Counted from the stretch's first letter, positions 23,137-36,796 are shown. The stretch: 64,000 bases of DNA from Monocercomonoides exilis PA203 (GCA_001643675.2 LSRY02000025.1:744001-808000), one strand, 5' to 3'. The notes: generated from the letters alone by a model not told the origin. Program-made: numbers and translations.

Positions 23137-23872
23137 TTAGAACTCTTCGTCATCATCATAGTCATCTTCTTCTTTGTTGTCTGGATCTGAAGTTTTAACA
23201 TCATCCAGTAATTTAATTTTATGCAGTGCCTTTTCTATTTTATACGTATTCATTCTTACTCCACCAAATCCATCTAAACCTTCAATTTTTCCTGCGGTTT
23301 GACCCTTTTCAATAATTAAAAGTGTTGGTATAATCCTAAAAATAAACAATTATTAAAATAGAATGAAAATGCAAATAGATTTCAATAACTTTATATTTAA
23401 TCTTTCAGTTAGAAATGGGGCTTTTTCTGCATTGATCTGAACAAATTTGCATTCAATATGCAATTCTGCAATTTTTCGAAGATGCGTTCCCAGTATGTCA
23501 CTAAATTCCGAAGATGGTCTATGAAAATGAACAAGTCCACGCTCGCATTCTTTTGTTTGCGCAAAAAATTCTTTTTCATCAGTTATTTCATTAAGCTACA
23601 GATAAATTATCATTATTATTTAGTAAATATTATTAAAATGATGCGTGAAGAAAGAAGAGATTATGATAATTGCAAACTTTCCCATGACCAGCTGCAAGCC
23701 ATTTTTGGCGCATTTCTTGCTGTTTTTTTAATTTTGCAAGACGTTGTGCTCTCAATGCCGAAAGGTCATCAACTTCTTTTAGTTCTTCTAATCTTTTGTC
23801 AACTTCTTTTTCAACAATTTCAGCTGCTTGAAGAAGAATTCCAGAAATATCTTGTTGAGGTTGAACTGCCAT
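23137..23872 (-). CDS. TXNDC9: Phosducin-like protein 3 / thioredoxin domain-containing 9 (two introns)
   Basis: Spliced: DDLSALRAQRLAKLKK...WLAAGHGK|LNEITDEKEFF...LVHFHRP...HIECKFVQINAEKAPFLTERLNIK|IIPTLLIIEKG...GFGG, with an acidic tail. Confidence 0.88.
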
Positions 23873-24140
23873 TTTTTAATTATGGAAAATTTTCTTTTTC
23901 AAATTTTTTCTCATTTGCATATAATTGAAAACCATTGGCAGAAAAAAATAGAAAAACAATGCTTGATTATCATTGAATCATTAAGGTGCTAATAAACAAA
24001 AAAATGAAAGTTTCAAAAATCATTTAAAAAAAACATTTAAATTCAATTTTTAAAAAAGAGGAAAGTTCACCAGACGGAATAAACTCAATCTAACGGTACT
24101 ATAAATCATATGCAAATATATACATATTTCAAACGCAAAG

Positions 24141-25122
24141 TTACACCATTTTTTGGGCTGCAATCATCCAATATTGCCTGTGCGTGTCTTGCTCAACATG
24201 GCTCAAGGCAATGCATTTAATCTCTTCCAATCCAGTTCCAAACGCTACAGCTTCTCTAATGTCGGCTAAGCGTACATATTCTGATGGAGGATGTGTGTGA
24301 CCAATTCTCTTTTTGAGATTTTCCATTTCTTTGGCCAATAATTCTCCTTCAATTCCTGGTTGATACTCAAAATCACCAACAATCAAAATTCCTCCAGGTT
24401 TCAGGTTCTCAAGTGCGATTGAGCAGACTTTATCTTTCAATTCAAATGGCATATGTTGGTTGAGTTCGTAAAGACGCCATTCATGAATCATTCTTTAATT
24501 TTCAATTCAAGAATAATAAATCGTTCAAACATAGCCAGAAAACAAACCGATTCAGAACAAGAACATCACATTTAGGTGGAGCTGCAGTTTTTATTTCATG
24601 AGCTGCGAGACGTTGCACGTAATATGGTCGTTCGCCTTCTTGATCTTGAGCAATGCCTTTTCCTTTGACTGGTAGTTTAGAAACAAGAACTTTCGCTGAC
24701 TCTGCCATTGCTGATGGCTCAAACAGGTATGAGGTAACTGATTTTGTTTTTGCAAGATGAGATGTAGCAGGGCATGTTGAACCGCAGCCGACTATTAAAT
24801 GAAAATAAATAAAGTTATAAAATATGATATTGATAGAAAAATCAACCTTCCATAATAACGTCTCCATCCTTCACAAATTCATCCAAGAAGGAGTTTAGCA
24901 GGCTATACGCAGCGTCAGCTAAAATAAAATAAAAAAATAGAATGCCAATAAAAGAAAATGAGATTGGGAAAAAACAGACCTTTGTATTGTGCAGCATATG
25001 TAACGTCAGTGAACGAATTAAATCTTGATTTCTAAAATATCAAAACATGTTACATAAATTATCGTTGCTGTTCATAAAAAAGAAATCATGAAAGAGAATC
25101 AAACAATGTCTTCAGTTGCCAT
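24141..25122 (-). CDS. Class I SAM-dependent methyltransferase (multi-exon), substrate unknown
   Basis: Splicing rebuilds motif I DGDVIME|VGCGS; acidic FEPS motif; CDVLVLN; LENLKPGGILIVGDF. Short first exon MATEDI|. Confidence 0.75.
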
Positions 25123-25563
25123 ATTGTTTCTAAATATGGCTTTATCGATCTTTTCCAAAGATGATAAATGGAATATTAACATGATAAATTAATTTGTATT
25201 AATAATATAAATCTGAACATTATCATATCGAATAATTTCGTATTTGTACCTTATCTTTAAAATTTTTCGAATAAAGAATTTTTCAATACGAAAATAATCG
25301 TCATAACATTTAAAATTTGCACAGTCGCATTTTTACAACGAATCAAATTTCCTTCGTAACTTGCAGAGACGTTGATAATTTTGAAATAAACACCACTTTA
25401 AGTTAAAAAACAAGAAATAGGAAATATGTTGTTTAAAAACAATCAATTGAATCATTTGTTATGCTTATTAGATGAAGATGCAAAATGTGAGATTTCATGT
25501 CACCGGGAAGTGAAGAAGTGAATCCATCAATTGAAAGATGAGATGAATATTCGTCTGATCCAT

Positions 25564-25836
25564 TTAACGATACTATAAACGAATAAACAATAAATAGAAC
25601 AACAAGAAAATCAAAACAAACTTTAGCAAATCCAATAGTTGCTGTATTTTCTCTGAAGCAACGTCTGCACATCATAAGACCGTATTTGCGGATAAGACCA
25701 TGATGATTTCCGCATCTTCGGCTATAAAATAGAAAAGAGAAGAAAATCAAAAAAACCAAACATTAAAAGTAATTTCATACCATTTACGTGAACCAGGTCC
25801 GAATTTCTTTGAGTGACAGTTAAGTTGGAGAGGCAT
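25564..25836 (-). CDS. RPS29: 40S ribosomal protein S29 (uS14); introns 25573-25621 and 25722-25780
   Basis: Spliced [54 protein letters not shown] (TAA) with the CxxC...CxxC zinc motif. Confidence 0.97.
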
Positions 25837-26714
25837 CTTCTATATTTTGACAATGTGTTTCAATTATCTTAAATAAGCACTACCCTTTTTACTTATAATT
25901 TTTTATTTCTGATCATAATTTTTCATAAATTTATATGCAATAATTTCAATAAAATAATAAGACAAAACACAGTTCCGCCATAAATTGGCGAACCTTGCAT
26001 TTTTTGTTTTTGAAAAAAAATTCAAATTTTCCTTTGAAATTTGCTGAAGTGAAATATGAGGAATAAAAAGATAAAAATGCCTAAAGATGTGAAAGAAATG
26101 GGGATAGTTGATACAATGATATGAATGAATGTCCATTAAGAAAGAATCGCTGAAGAAGAAATCGAGAGGCAAAATTGATTTATGACTGCATAAAAGATTG
26201 ATTATTGGAATTATATAATTAAAAATTCAACTATGAAATTTTGCAAAGCACCAATCTTCAGATAAAATCTCAACGAAAAAAAAAAGAAAAAAAGGCAAAA
26301 CTTTATTCTCCACGCAAATGTGTTAAAGTATTTTAAATAAATAAAAGAAAAGAAAACCAGAGAAATATTAAGAGAATGTCAATGATGAAGTGAAATTTCT
26401 ATTTCTCTTGGAACATTGCGTGAATGTGAACGTGTATCGAAAGAAGTGTCCTTCATTCAATTAGAAAAAGAACAGAACTTTATGTGATTTTTTAAAAGGG
26501 ATTGACTTATATTTCGTGGAGAAGAAGAAGAAGAAGAAGAAGAAAATAAAAATTATAAAAAACTAACAAAAAAATATACTTATGAAAGAAAAAAGCTATG
26601 AATAGAATTTTGAATTGAGTGAAAAGATGAGGAAGAACAAAAATGACAAGCTAAAAAAATTTATATATATAAAATAAAACTTTGGAAAATACTTGAAATA
26701 AAATGAGGATAAAA

Positions 26715-26722
26715 AAAGAAAG

Positions 26723-26783
<61 letters not shown>

Positions 26784-26815
26784 AAGAGAGAGAGAGAAAG
26801 ATAGAGAAAAAGAAC
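26715..26815 (+). repeat. Polypurine (GA)n/(GAAA)n microsatellite; (GAA)n nearby at 26521-26543
   Basis: Direct reading of the sequence. Confidence 0.9.
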
Positions 26816-27495
26816 AATTCAATTTGAAGACTTCAAAGAAAGTGGATCACAAATAAATACTTTCAGATTTAAAGAGTGAAAACAAATATCATCAAAGAAA
26901 ATAGAAAAAAAAGAAAAAGAACAATGAAAAAGGGAAATAAAATCATCATAGAAAAATTGAAGCTAAATTTATATTCCAAAAAATAAAAAGAGAGAGAGAA
27001 AGAGAGAAATCATAACCAATAAATCATAAATAAATAAATAATTTACAATATATAAAAGTTATGGAACTAACTGGAACTAACTGAAATGGAATAGAAGCTG
27101 AATAGAGAAGAATATTTCGTGTTCCTTTTATTTTTTTTTTTAAACCATTAGAAAAATTTTGCTAGTTCAAATGTTCTAACCCGAAAAATAATGCTGCTCT
27201 TCAAAAAGATGAATGATCTTAATTGTTATTTTCATTATTTTCTTCCTCTTTTGTATCTTTCAGAGAAATTTTTACCAATTAACTTTTGCCATTGAAATAG
27301 TTGAAACAAGCAGATTCCCAGATTTCTTCACATGCTTCTCTATTTGAAATGCCACATCACCTTTTCCTCTCCTTCACCGCTTTCATTCACTTCCCATCCT
27401 CTCCTCTTCTCTCAACCCCTTTCCCTTTTCTCCTCTTCTCCTCCTCCTCTTCTTCTTCATTCTCTTCTTCTTCATTCTCTTCCTTTTCCTTCTCC

Positions 27496-30400
27496 TTACC
27501 AGCAGTTAAACAGCGAGAACTGCTTTGGCGACTCATACTCCACAATCTCCACAAACACACACTTCTTCTTCACTGGCATAATCGCTCCATCTCCTCCTTG
27601 CCCTGTCTCAAAGGGATCGTTATACGCCCCAAGCATCACGTGGTTGTAGCTCATCTCCTCTTCCCTCCTCTCCTGCCATTCCTCCTGCCTCCGATGTGCT
27701 TCCGCCTCGCTGTCTGAATCGTCCTCGCTTTCTTCCCCTTTCCCTCCACAATTCGATTTTTCATCTCCATTTTCGTTTTCTTCTTCGTCGTTTTCGTCAT
27801 TGTAGATGTTTTCCTCATCTTGCTGCTGCTGTCTTAGAAGCTCTTCGATCTGTTCTTGTATCCTCTGCACTTCCTCTTCCACCTCGTTTTCTCCTTCTCC
27901 TCTTTCTTCTCTATCTTCTCCTTCTCCCCCTTCTCCCGCCTCTCCTTCTTCATTCCTCGCCTTTTCACTCATCATCCCCACTGCTTTCTTCTTCTCCTCT
28001 GCTGTCAACCTCTCTCTCCTCTCCCTCAGCTCCTTCACTTTCCCTTCCCTCTCCTTCCTCCTCACCTCCAGCTGCTCCAACCTCCTCATCACTTTCTCCC
28101 TCTGCCTTCTCAACCGCTTCCGATTGAACGTCAGCACAGCCCATGCGCCTTTATTCCCCACATGTCCGCAATAGTTAGGCGCAGAGAACACAGTGAGCAA
28201 CCTGTGCCCACACCCTGGCTGATACTCCCACCCGCCCATCTTCAGCTGATGTGATCTCAACACCACCTCCAGCCCATTCAGCTTGCAGAAGTCGTATGTG
28301 ATGTTCGGCCCAAACAGGTTTCCGGAACCTCTTTCAGAGGCATACAGGCCGTACTGGTCGTGAGGATCAGACCAGAGCAAAAGAGTGGTGAGATCTCCCT
28401 CAAGTGTCTGCGCAGACCGCTCAATCGACCGGATGTCATTGAGTGTTGCTTGAGGCGCAATACCGCCATGCACACAGAGCACTTTCCCTTCCACAAGAGC
28501 AGCCAGAGGAAGAGACGCAAACATACGGGAGAACGCTATGTATGTGTGCACGCCATACTTCTGCCGGATCTCCGTTGTGAATCCAAAGAGCGTGTTCAGC
28601 TCTGTTGCTTCGTGGTTGCCTCGCAGCAGTGTCAGTGCTCGTGGGTGTGCCAGCTTCAATGCCAGCACCACCGCCAGCACTTCTGCACTGCCTGTGCCTC
28701 TGTCGCAGTAATCGCCCATGAACACCATCGAATGCTCCTCCTCGCTCGGATAGCCTGTTTGTCTGAGCAGACAGCACAGATCTTCAAACTGGCCATGAAT
28801 ATCACCCACAACTGTGCACCGCCACTTCTTCTTCGGTTTGGCTTTGGACTTAACTTTCGAGTTGGACTTGGATTTTTGACTCTTCTTTTTCTTCCTTTGA
28901 GATAGCTTGCCTTTTCCTGATTTTGTGCTTCTTTTGCCCTTTCCTTGTTGGCTTTCTCCTTTTCTTCCTTTCTTCCCTTTCTTCTTCTTCTTCTTTCCCC
29001 CCATTCCTTCTGCTGTTTCACAGAACTCTGCATTCAAATCTCCTTCTTCTCCTTCTCCATTCCCTAATCCTTCACATCCTTCAAATTCTCCATCTGCTCT
29101 TTCTCCTTCTTCTCCTTCTCCTCCTTCTTCTCCTCCTTCTCCTCCACTTCTTCTGCTTCCTCTTCTGCTTCCTCTTCGCCTCGAATCTGGCCGGTTGCTG
29201 AACCTCTCTCTAGCAAATGCAAATGGCATATCTTCAATATCTCCTTCTTCATTCTCTTCGTTTTCTTCCTCTTCCCCTTCTCCTCTTTCTCTCTCCCCCA
29301 TTCCAAAGCGCTTGCGCCCATATCCTCCATGTTCTAGCCCATCCATGTTGCTGTATCTAATTTGATTGTCCTCGTCTTCTTCATCTTCTTCTTCGTCTTC
29401 CTCTTCGTCTTCTTCATCGTATTCTTCATCCTCATCTTCCTCATCATCCTCTTCTTCTCCTTCCCCTTCCTCTTCTTCATCTTCATTCTCTCCTTCCTCT
29501 TTCTTCTCTGCTCCTCCTTCATTTCCATCTTCATCTCCATTAGCATCAGATGAACCTTGCAATGGCTTTGGAACAGACTCGCTTCCCTTCTTCTCTTTCT
29601 TCTCTTTTTTATCTTTGCCATTCTCTTCCTCTTCATCTGCGTCTTCTTCCAAATCTGATAGTCTTCCTTTTCTCTGCTCTTCAATTTTCTCTCCTCCAAT
29701 CGATAGCTGAATGTCTGCATCTACCAGCACTGTTGCAAGAGCAGACACACCACTTTCGCTCTTTTTGCTTGTCTTCTTCTTTTCCTCTTTCTCTTCTTTT
29801 TCTTCCTTCTCTTCTTTTTCTTCCTTCTCTTTCTCTTCTTTCTCATTATCGTCCTCCTTCTTGTGTCTTTGTGTCTCGGGTGATGAAAATGCAGACTCTT
29901 CCCCAGACAATGGATGTGGATTCACCTCTTCTGCTTCCTCTTCTGCTTCTTTTCCCTTTGCACTTCCATTTCCTTCCTTTTCTTCTCCTTTTCTTTCTTT
30001 CTTCTCTTTCTCTTTCTTTCCTTCTATCCCTTCCTCCTCACTAGTCTCTGATGGTGTTCCTTCTCCTCCTCCTTCTCCTCCTTCTCCTCCATTCATCAAC
30101 ATCATCTGCTCTCCTTCATCTGAGCTCAGACTCGATATCAGTGGCGGTGTGGGTGTTGCTGTTGATCTTCCACTCGAATCGTCGTCAAATCCTTCTGTCG
30201 AAGGCGGCTGGTAATGCAAACCAGGCTGCTGGGGCTTTGGAGAGGAGACTGTTATCTGCTGCACAGGGATTGGGCGAGGCTCACTGGGAAGAAGAGAATG
30301 AGATGTGGATTGGGATGAGGGTTGAGATGAATTGGAATCAGAAGAAATGATGTTGTCAGTGGGTGTGAGGGGTTGAGGTGGTATATCGTGTTCTTTGTTG

Positions 30401-33400
30401 GAGTTATTATTATTGTTATTATTATTATTGGCAACAGAAGATGTTTCGCTGCCAGTGATGATGATGCTGGCTTTAGCTTTCTCTTTGGAATCTGCATCTT
30501 CTGTTTGATTGTTCTTCTCCTTCTCTTCTTCCTCTTCCTCTTCTTCCTCTCCTTTTCTCTCTCCTTTTCTAATCTGCTGCGTCTGTAACAGTTTTTGCTC
30601 CTTTTCTGCTTTCCTCTTCGCCTTCGCCTCCTCCTTCGCTTTCCTCTTCCTCTCCTTCTCCTTCTCCTTCGCCAGCTTCCTCTCCTTTCTCTGCCTCGCC
30701 TTCCATTCTTTCTTCTGCCTCAATCTTTCCTTCTCTTCCAGCTCTTTCCACTGCGCAAGTGCAAATGAACCGCATTTAGCACGTGTTATTTCGAGTGGGG
30801 GTTCTGGTGGGAACTGAGTGAGTTGGTCGAACATGAGGGGAGGGGAAGAAGGAGGAGAAGAGGAGGAGGAGAACGATGATAATGAAGAAGATGATGATGA
30901 GAAAGGAGGTGATAATGCTGTTGAGGGTTGTGTGAGTGAAGTGGAGTGTGTAAATGGTGAAATGGATGGAGCTACAAATGAATTGTTATTTGAATAAGAA
31001 GAGGAGGAGGAGGAAGAAAGCGAAGGAGAAGAGGAAGAAGAGAGTCTGAGATCGATTGTGAGAGGGGAGGTTGACAGAGAAGGGTAGCTGTGCACTGGGA
31101 ACTGTGAGGCAAAAGCGATCGTTCGAAACAGAGGAGGTGTGGCTGATTTTTCTGGGTGAGAAAAAGTTGGAGAAAGAAGTCTTTTGACACTGCTATTATT
31201 GTTATTGTTATTGTTACTTCCCTTTCGAATGTTATCACTCGATTCTTTCTCTCCATCTTTCTCTCCTTCTCCTTCTCCGCTTCTTTCATCTTCAGTCACA
31301 CCAAATGCATCTGATTGTGACAGAGGAGAATCTGCTGGATGCTTCAGGAAACCCTCTGGTGTACTGTCATTGTCTTTCTCATCATCTTTCTCTTTCTCTT
31401 TCTCTTTCTCTTCTCTTTCTCTCTTCTCTTTCTCCTCTTCCTCCATCTCATTGTTTGTCTTTGTCTGTCTGAAATGATCAATCCCAACATAATCATCAAC
31501 CGTGTCAAAGCAGATAGCATGCGACATCAATGCAACTTTTGTCGTTGGTTCCAACTGCCAATTCTCCAAAAGCAGCTCAAACGAATTCTTTTCGGGCTCT
31601 TTTGCTTTGGCTTTGCCTTTCTCTTTTGATTGAGTTTTTCCTTTTCCTTTCACTTTCCCTTTCACTTTCCCTTTCCCTTTCATTCCGTTCTTTCCCTTGC
31701 TTTTCTCTTGTTTTCCTGTGTTTTCTTCATTCTCTTCTTTTGTTCCTCTTCCATTCCCACTTGTTCTTCCTCCACTGCTCTTTCTCTTCCTCCTCAATCT
31801 CTTTCTCTCGTCCCTCTCCTTCTGCTTCTGCCTCTTCTCCTGCCTCGACAGCCCATCAATTGTCACTCCAAACATGTCTGCTTCTTTGATCTTTGCTTCT
31901 GTTATCCCACTCTTTTCCTTCGGCTTCCTCCGACCATGCTTGTTCTTGCGATGTCTTTTCTTTCTCTGTGTGTTCTCATTGTCTTCATTGTTATCATTTT
32001 CATTAGCATTTTCATCTTTCTCATTGTTATCATCCTTATCATCATCCTTTTCATCATCAACATGATGATGACTATGATTGTGATGCTCATGATGATGATG
32101 GTGATGCTTGCTGTGTATATGCTTATGATTGTGCATATTTCTGCCTGTGTTTGAGAGAGAGCGAGAACGATATTTCAAATGCTGCTTAGACGCATCAGCT
32201 GTATTGTCTGTTTGAGCATGCTTTGTGGAATTGTCATTAATATCATCATTAACATCATCATCATCATCATCTGGAGAAGAAGAAGAAGAAGAAGATGTTG
32301 ATGACACAGACGATATCGACATCGAAGGCGATGTCGACTGCATTTGCTGCTCTTGTTCGATTTCTCTTTCATCACCTGAATTCTTCTGCTCCGTCTCACT
32401 ACTCGATTGCTGCTCCGGTGTCTTGCTGTTATCTTCCTCTTTCCCTTTCTCTTTCCCTTCTTTCCCTTCCTCCTCAAACACATCTGGTGTTGCATCTGGT
32501 GTGATTTCTGAAGGAGCCTTCCTCAACTCTGGTGGCCCAGGCAAGAGTGAAAGCAGAGCCGCAATAGAATTCTCTTCTGCTTTCTTTCTGTGTGTTTTGC
32601 TTGCATTGCTTGCATTACTTTCTCCTTTGGCTTCATTTCTATCATTAGCTCCATCAACCCCATTCGCATTTTTATTTCCCTTGTCATTCTCATCTTTGCT
32701 GCTACTCTTACTCCCACTGCTGCTAATCAGCTGCCCATGCAGAAGATAGTCTGCTGCTCTCCCCTGTGGAGACAGAGACACAAAGCGACGCAGCATACGC
32801 TCCTTCATCTTTCTGCTGGAGGGCTTTGCAAAGGAAGAGGAAGAAGAGGAAGATGATGAAGAAGCATTCCCTTCACTTCCTTTCCCTTCTGCAATATCTG
32901 ACACAGAAGTATCCTTTGATGCTCCTTTATTTGAAGAAGAAGCACTTCTATTTTCACCAGACCCTTCTGCCTCCATCATCTCGCTCTGGATGAATGCCAT
33001 CAGATGAGAAGAAGCTGAGCTCGACGGCATTTGCGAGCGCGAACGAGCATTGCGATGGAGTCTGCTTGTTCTCCTGCTGTGCTTCGTGTAGTGATACCTG
33101 TGCCTCAGATAACTGTCGATTTTGGCTCTTCTGCTGAATTCATCATTCATTTCTCCACTTTCTTCTTCTTCATCACTTTCTTCTTCTCCTTCTCCTTCTC
33201 CTTTTGCTGTTATTGTTGATTTAATCTTTTCAGATGATCGAAGGAGGAACGGGAATTTATGCTTGTGCAATGGACATTTGCATTTGGGGCAGATTTTGAG
33301 TGGAGTTTTCGCTGGAAAAGAAGAAGATGATGAAGATGACTTTTCTGTTTTGTCCTTTCCGTCTTTTTGATTTTCTTCTGTGTTAACTTTACTGTTAATA

Positions 33401-36400
33401 ATTGTTCCATCTTTTTCTTTCTTTTTATCGCTTTCTCCTTCTCCTTCTTTAATATCAATCTCCTGCTCCTTCTTCAGCACTTCTGGCATTGAATTAACTG
33501 GCCCTGTCGATCTTCCTCTTCTTCTCTGTTGTTTGTGTCCTTCTCCTTCTCCTTCTCCTTCTCCTCCTTCTTTTCCCTTCTCCTCCTTCTCTTCTTCTTC
33601 TTCTTCTTCTTTTCCTTCTTTTCCTTCTTTTCCTTCCCCAGACTCATTCACTGAGCTCGATGCACTTCTTCCTCCTCTTCCGCTTCCTCTCCCTCTTCTC
33701 CACCCTCTTCCTCTGTCTCTCTCTCCTCTCCTCTGCTGATACACCTCTTTCATCACTCCTTTCTCTTCCTTTTTGCTGTCGTCTTCCTCCTCCTCCTCTT
33801 CTTCTTCTTCTTTTGCAGCTTCTGCCTTCTCTTTGTTGTCATCTTCTTCTTTTGATTCTTCTTCAGATTCTTCACTTTCTTCCTCCTCCTCCTCTTCTTC
33901 ATCTTCCTCCTCTTCTTCTTCTTCTTCACTCTCATCTGTCTCACTCTCTTCTTCTCCTTCACTTTCATCAACATCAACATCATCTTCTCCTTCTCCTTCT
34001 CCCTCTTCTGAATCAGTCTGTGACATTTCTGAACAGCTGCTGCCTGATAGGAATGAACCCGTATCCGAGTCAGTCATTGAATCTGTGCCACTATTCGAAT
34101 CACTTTCTTCTCTTTCTCTTTCTCCTTCTCCTTCTCCATTCCTTTTCTCCTTCTCCTTCTCATCTCCTTCACTTCTCCTCCTCCTCCTCATTCTCCTTCT
34201 ATTTCTTTGATTCTTCTCACTTCTATTTTGACTCACACTTCTGCTTTGACTTCGACTTGGGCTTCGGCTGATGCTCCCTCTCTCTTCTGTCCCACTCCAC
34301 TTCACTGAACAAAAACTCGAATCACTTCCAGAATCTGAAGATACCTCATCCTCTTCTCTGTAATTCTTATTCTCCTTGTTATCTTTGTTATCTTTGTTAT
34401 CCTTGTTATTCTTCTTCTCTTGTCTTCCTCCTTCTTTTCCTCCTTCTTTTCCTCCTTGCTTAGCCAATCTCTGAGCCTTCGGTGAGTATGCATCGACTAT
34501 CTCCTGGTAATGCACTTTCTCTGGAATGTGGCACTCACAATTGCATCCACACACACACCTATAAACATGCTCTTTCTTCTTTCTGCTGCTTTTTTCTTTC
34601 TCTTTCTCTTTGCCCTTTTCCGATTTGGGTTTTGTTATTAAAACGATGTCTTTATGTTTAACATTCTCTATTTCCTCTGTTATTTCCTGGTTATTCTCTT
34701 CACTTTGCCCATCTTTTGTTGTCTTCTCTGAAATGTCTTCTTCGTTTTCACTGCTTTTCTTCTTATTCTCTCCTTCTTCTCCTTCTCCCTCATTCATCAT
34801 TTCATCCTTCAGCTCTATCGAATCATCCAATTCACTTCTCCATCTGATCTTTGTTTCTTCTTCCCCTTCTTCTTTCTCTTTCTTTGCATCTTTCTCTTCT
34901 CCATCTTTTTCTTTCCCCTCAAAACTATAAGGCGAATAATCTGTCGGTTCACTCTCATTTTTGATATTTTGTTCGTCTTCTTTTTGATCTTTGTCCATTT
35001 CTCCATCTCCTTCTCCTTTCATCTTGTCACCTTCATTACTTTCATCCATTCCTTTCCCTTCTCCTTCTCTTTCCTCTCCTTCTCCATCTCTCTCTCCTTC
35101 TCCTTCTCCTTCTTCCTCCTCCTCCACATCTGCCTTTAACACTCTCGTCTGCCCGTTCGGCTCCCTCACCAGCATCGGCTTCGTCCTGTGCGGCTGGGCA
35201 CCTATGTGGAACACAAACTCCATCGTGCCCAGCTCCAACTCCTGCCTCACCGCCAGCTCTGAGGGCGGAGGCGACATCGCAGGCGAAGGGGAATTCCGCA
35301 GGGAACTTGCTGCATTCGGGTCGTTGCTGTTTGCTCCGCCTGGCCCGCTCATATCGCCTGTACCTTCGCCATTGGCTCCCAGCCCATCGAAGCCAGTCAA
35401 GGAAGCAGAGTGGTTGGAGAGCTCGGACAAACCTGGGGAGTGCGCCGGAGAAATAGACGGAGAAAAAGCAGGAGAGAGAGAAAGACCGGGGAGACACCCG
35501 AGGCTTCCGTCGTCGGTTGGATCGGTCACGTCTACGAGGGTGGGCTCTTGTGAAAAGAGATAAGTGGAACGCTCCAAGAGATGGAGAATAAGTCTAATTT
35601 GGACAAAATGTGGTATTGAAAGGGAGGGTGAGGAGGATTGCAATTAGAAAAATAGTAATGAAAGATATATATTTTTGAGTTTGAGTTTATTAATCAGATG
35701 GCATTAAAATATAAACAGAAAAAAAATATGAAACACACCTTAATGGCAGATACGAATTTGGCTGACCGTTCAAATAATCAATCATTTCATCTACAAATGC
35801 ATCTGTTACAGGCTCATCCTCTTCCAATCTGGGTCCTGTGTATCCCAGAGGGTATTTAATTGTTCTCCAATCTGGAATCAAAGGCCTTGTTTCATTTCCA
35901 TCAGTTAATGATTGAAGGAGATTAAATTCTGCAATTGCAGCTTGGCACATTTTCATTCTTTCCTTAACTACTCGACTTTCTGGTGCAAGATACAAAACTT
36001 TTCTGAATTCAATTTGCATTTTCAAACAAAAAATTCGAAATCTGTTTAGAAGAATTAACAAATTAATAATTATCACCTAAAATCTTGTAACGATTCTGTA
36101 AAATGTCGAAGATCTAATAATTTTGAATCAAAACTTAAAAATAAATTAAATTAATAAAATAATTGACGAACAATAATGTGCAACTCCTCTTCTATAATAA
36201 GCCTATTAAAAATGAAATGAAATTGTCAAAATTACGCACATAATAAAAAGAAATTTTATAAAATACCTTCACATAGTCTGGATCTAATTCAACAGCATAG
36301 TCTGCATCTTCAAGGGCTCTTTGATAGTTTTCCATTCGCTGATAAGCGAAAGAACGATTTGAATAAAGGACTGTAAGTTCAAAAGGAGGTGCTTTATTTT

Positions 36401-36582
36401 CCTGTAGAATATCAATGGCTCTTGTATATCTGTCGATTGCGTCCAAGTAATTATAATCTTAGCAACATGTTAATTTAATTCAAAAATACAATAAATGTTA
36501 TAAAATGGCAAAATATGCACGTACTCAGAAAGAGAGTATTCCCTTCGAGCTTTAATTTTTCTGGATCTTCGCCTTTCTCCAT
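27496..36582 (-). CDS. PPP5C: Ser/Thr protein phosphatase 5 (TPR + PPP domain) with giant low-complexity insertions, ~2,900 aa; five small 5' exons, then one 8.1-kb exon (35593-27496)
   Basis: TPR: KLEGNTLF..Y.DAIDRYTRAI, LYSNRSFAY, ALEDADYAVELDPDYVK|AYYRRG; PP5 linker YTGPRLE...VTDAFVDEMIDY; catalytic motifs GDIHGQ, GDYCDRG, RGNHE, HGG, LWSDP, RSH, SAPNYC, GNKGA. Confidence 0.9.
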
Positions 36583-36796
36583 TAGTCAAAATGATGTGTT
36601 GTGGATCTTAAGCAGTCCGACCAAAAAAGAAAGGCTTTTGAAAATTCTTCTTTTTATTATAGTTTTAGTGGGCATGATCAATAATAATAATTTTGTTATG
36701 CATATTGATCAAACTATTTAAATTTTTTCAAGGGATAGATAACGTTTATAATAAAAATTAACGTATTGCATATTCAAATTTTTTATTTTCTAGTGA

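Noticed and set aside
17524-25566. Non-standard genetic code (TAA/TAG = Gln)
   Set aside because: RPS29 (...GFAKYR-TAA) and TXNDC9 end at expected C-termini on TAA, and multi-kb ORFs contain no in-frame TAR.
28825-35526. Intein or transposon as the source of the PP5 insertion
   Set aside because: No intein boundary motifs, and no endonuclease, transposase or RT motifs visible; the sequence is microsatellite-like low complexity.
27300-35560. Numerous plus-strand Ser/Phe/Leu-rich ORFs
   Set aside because: Antisense translations of the purine-rich PP5 insert.
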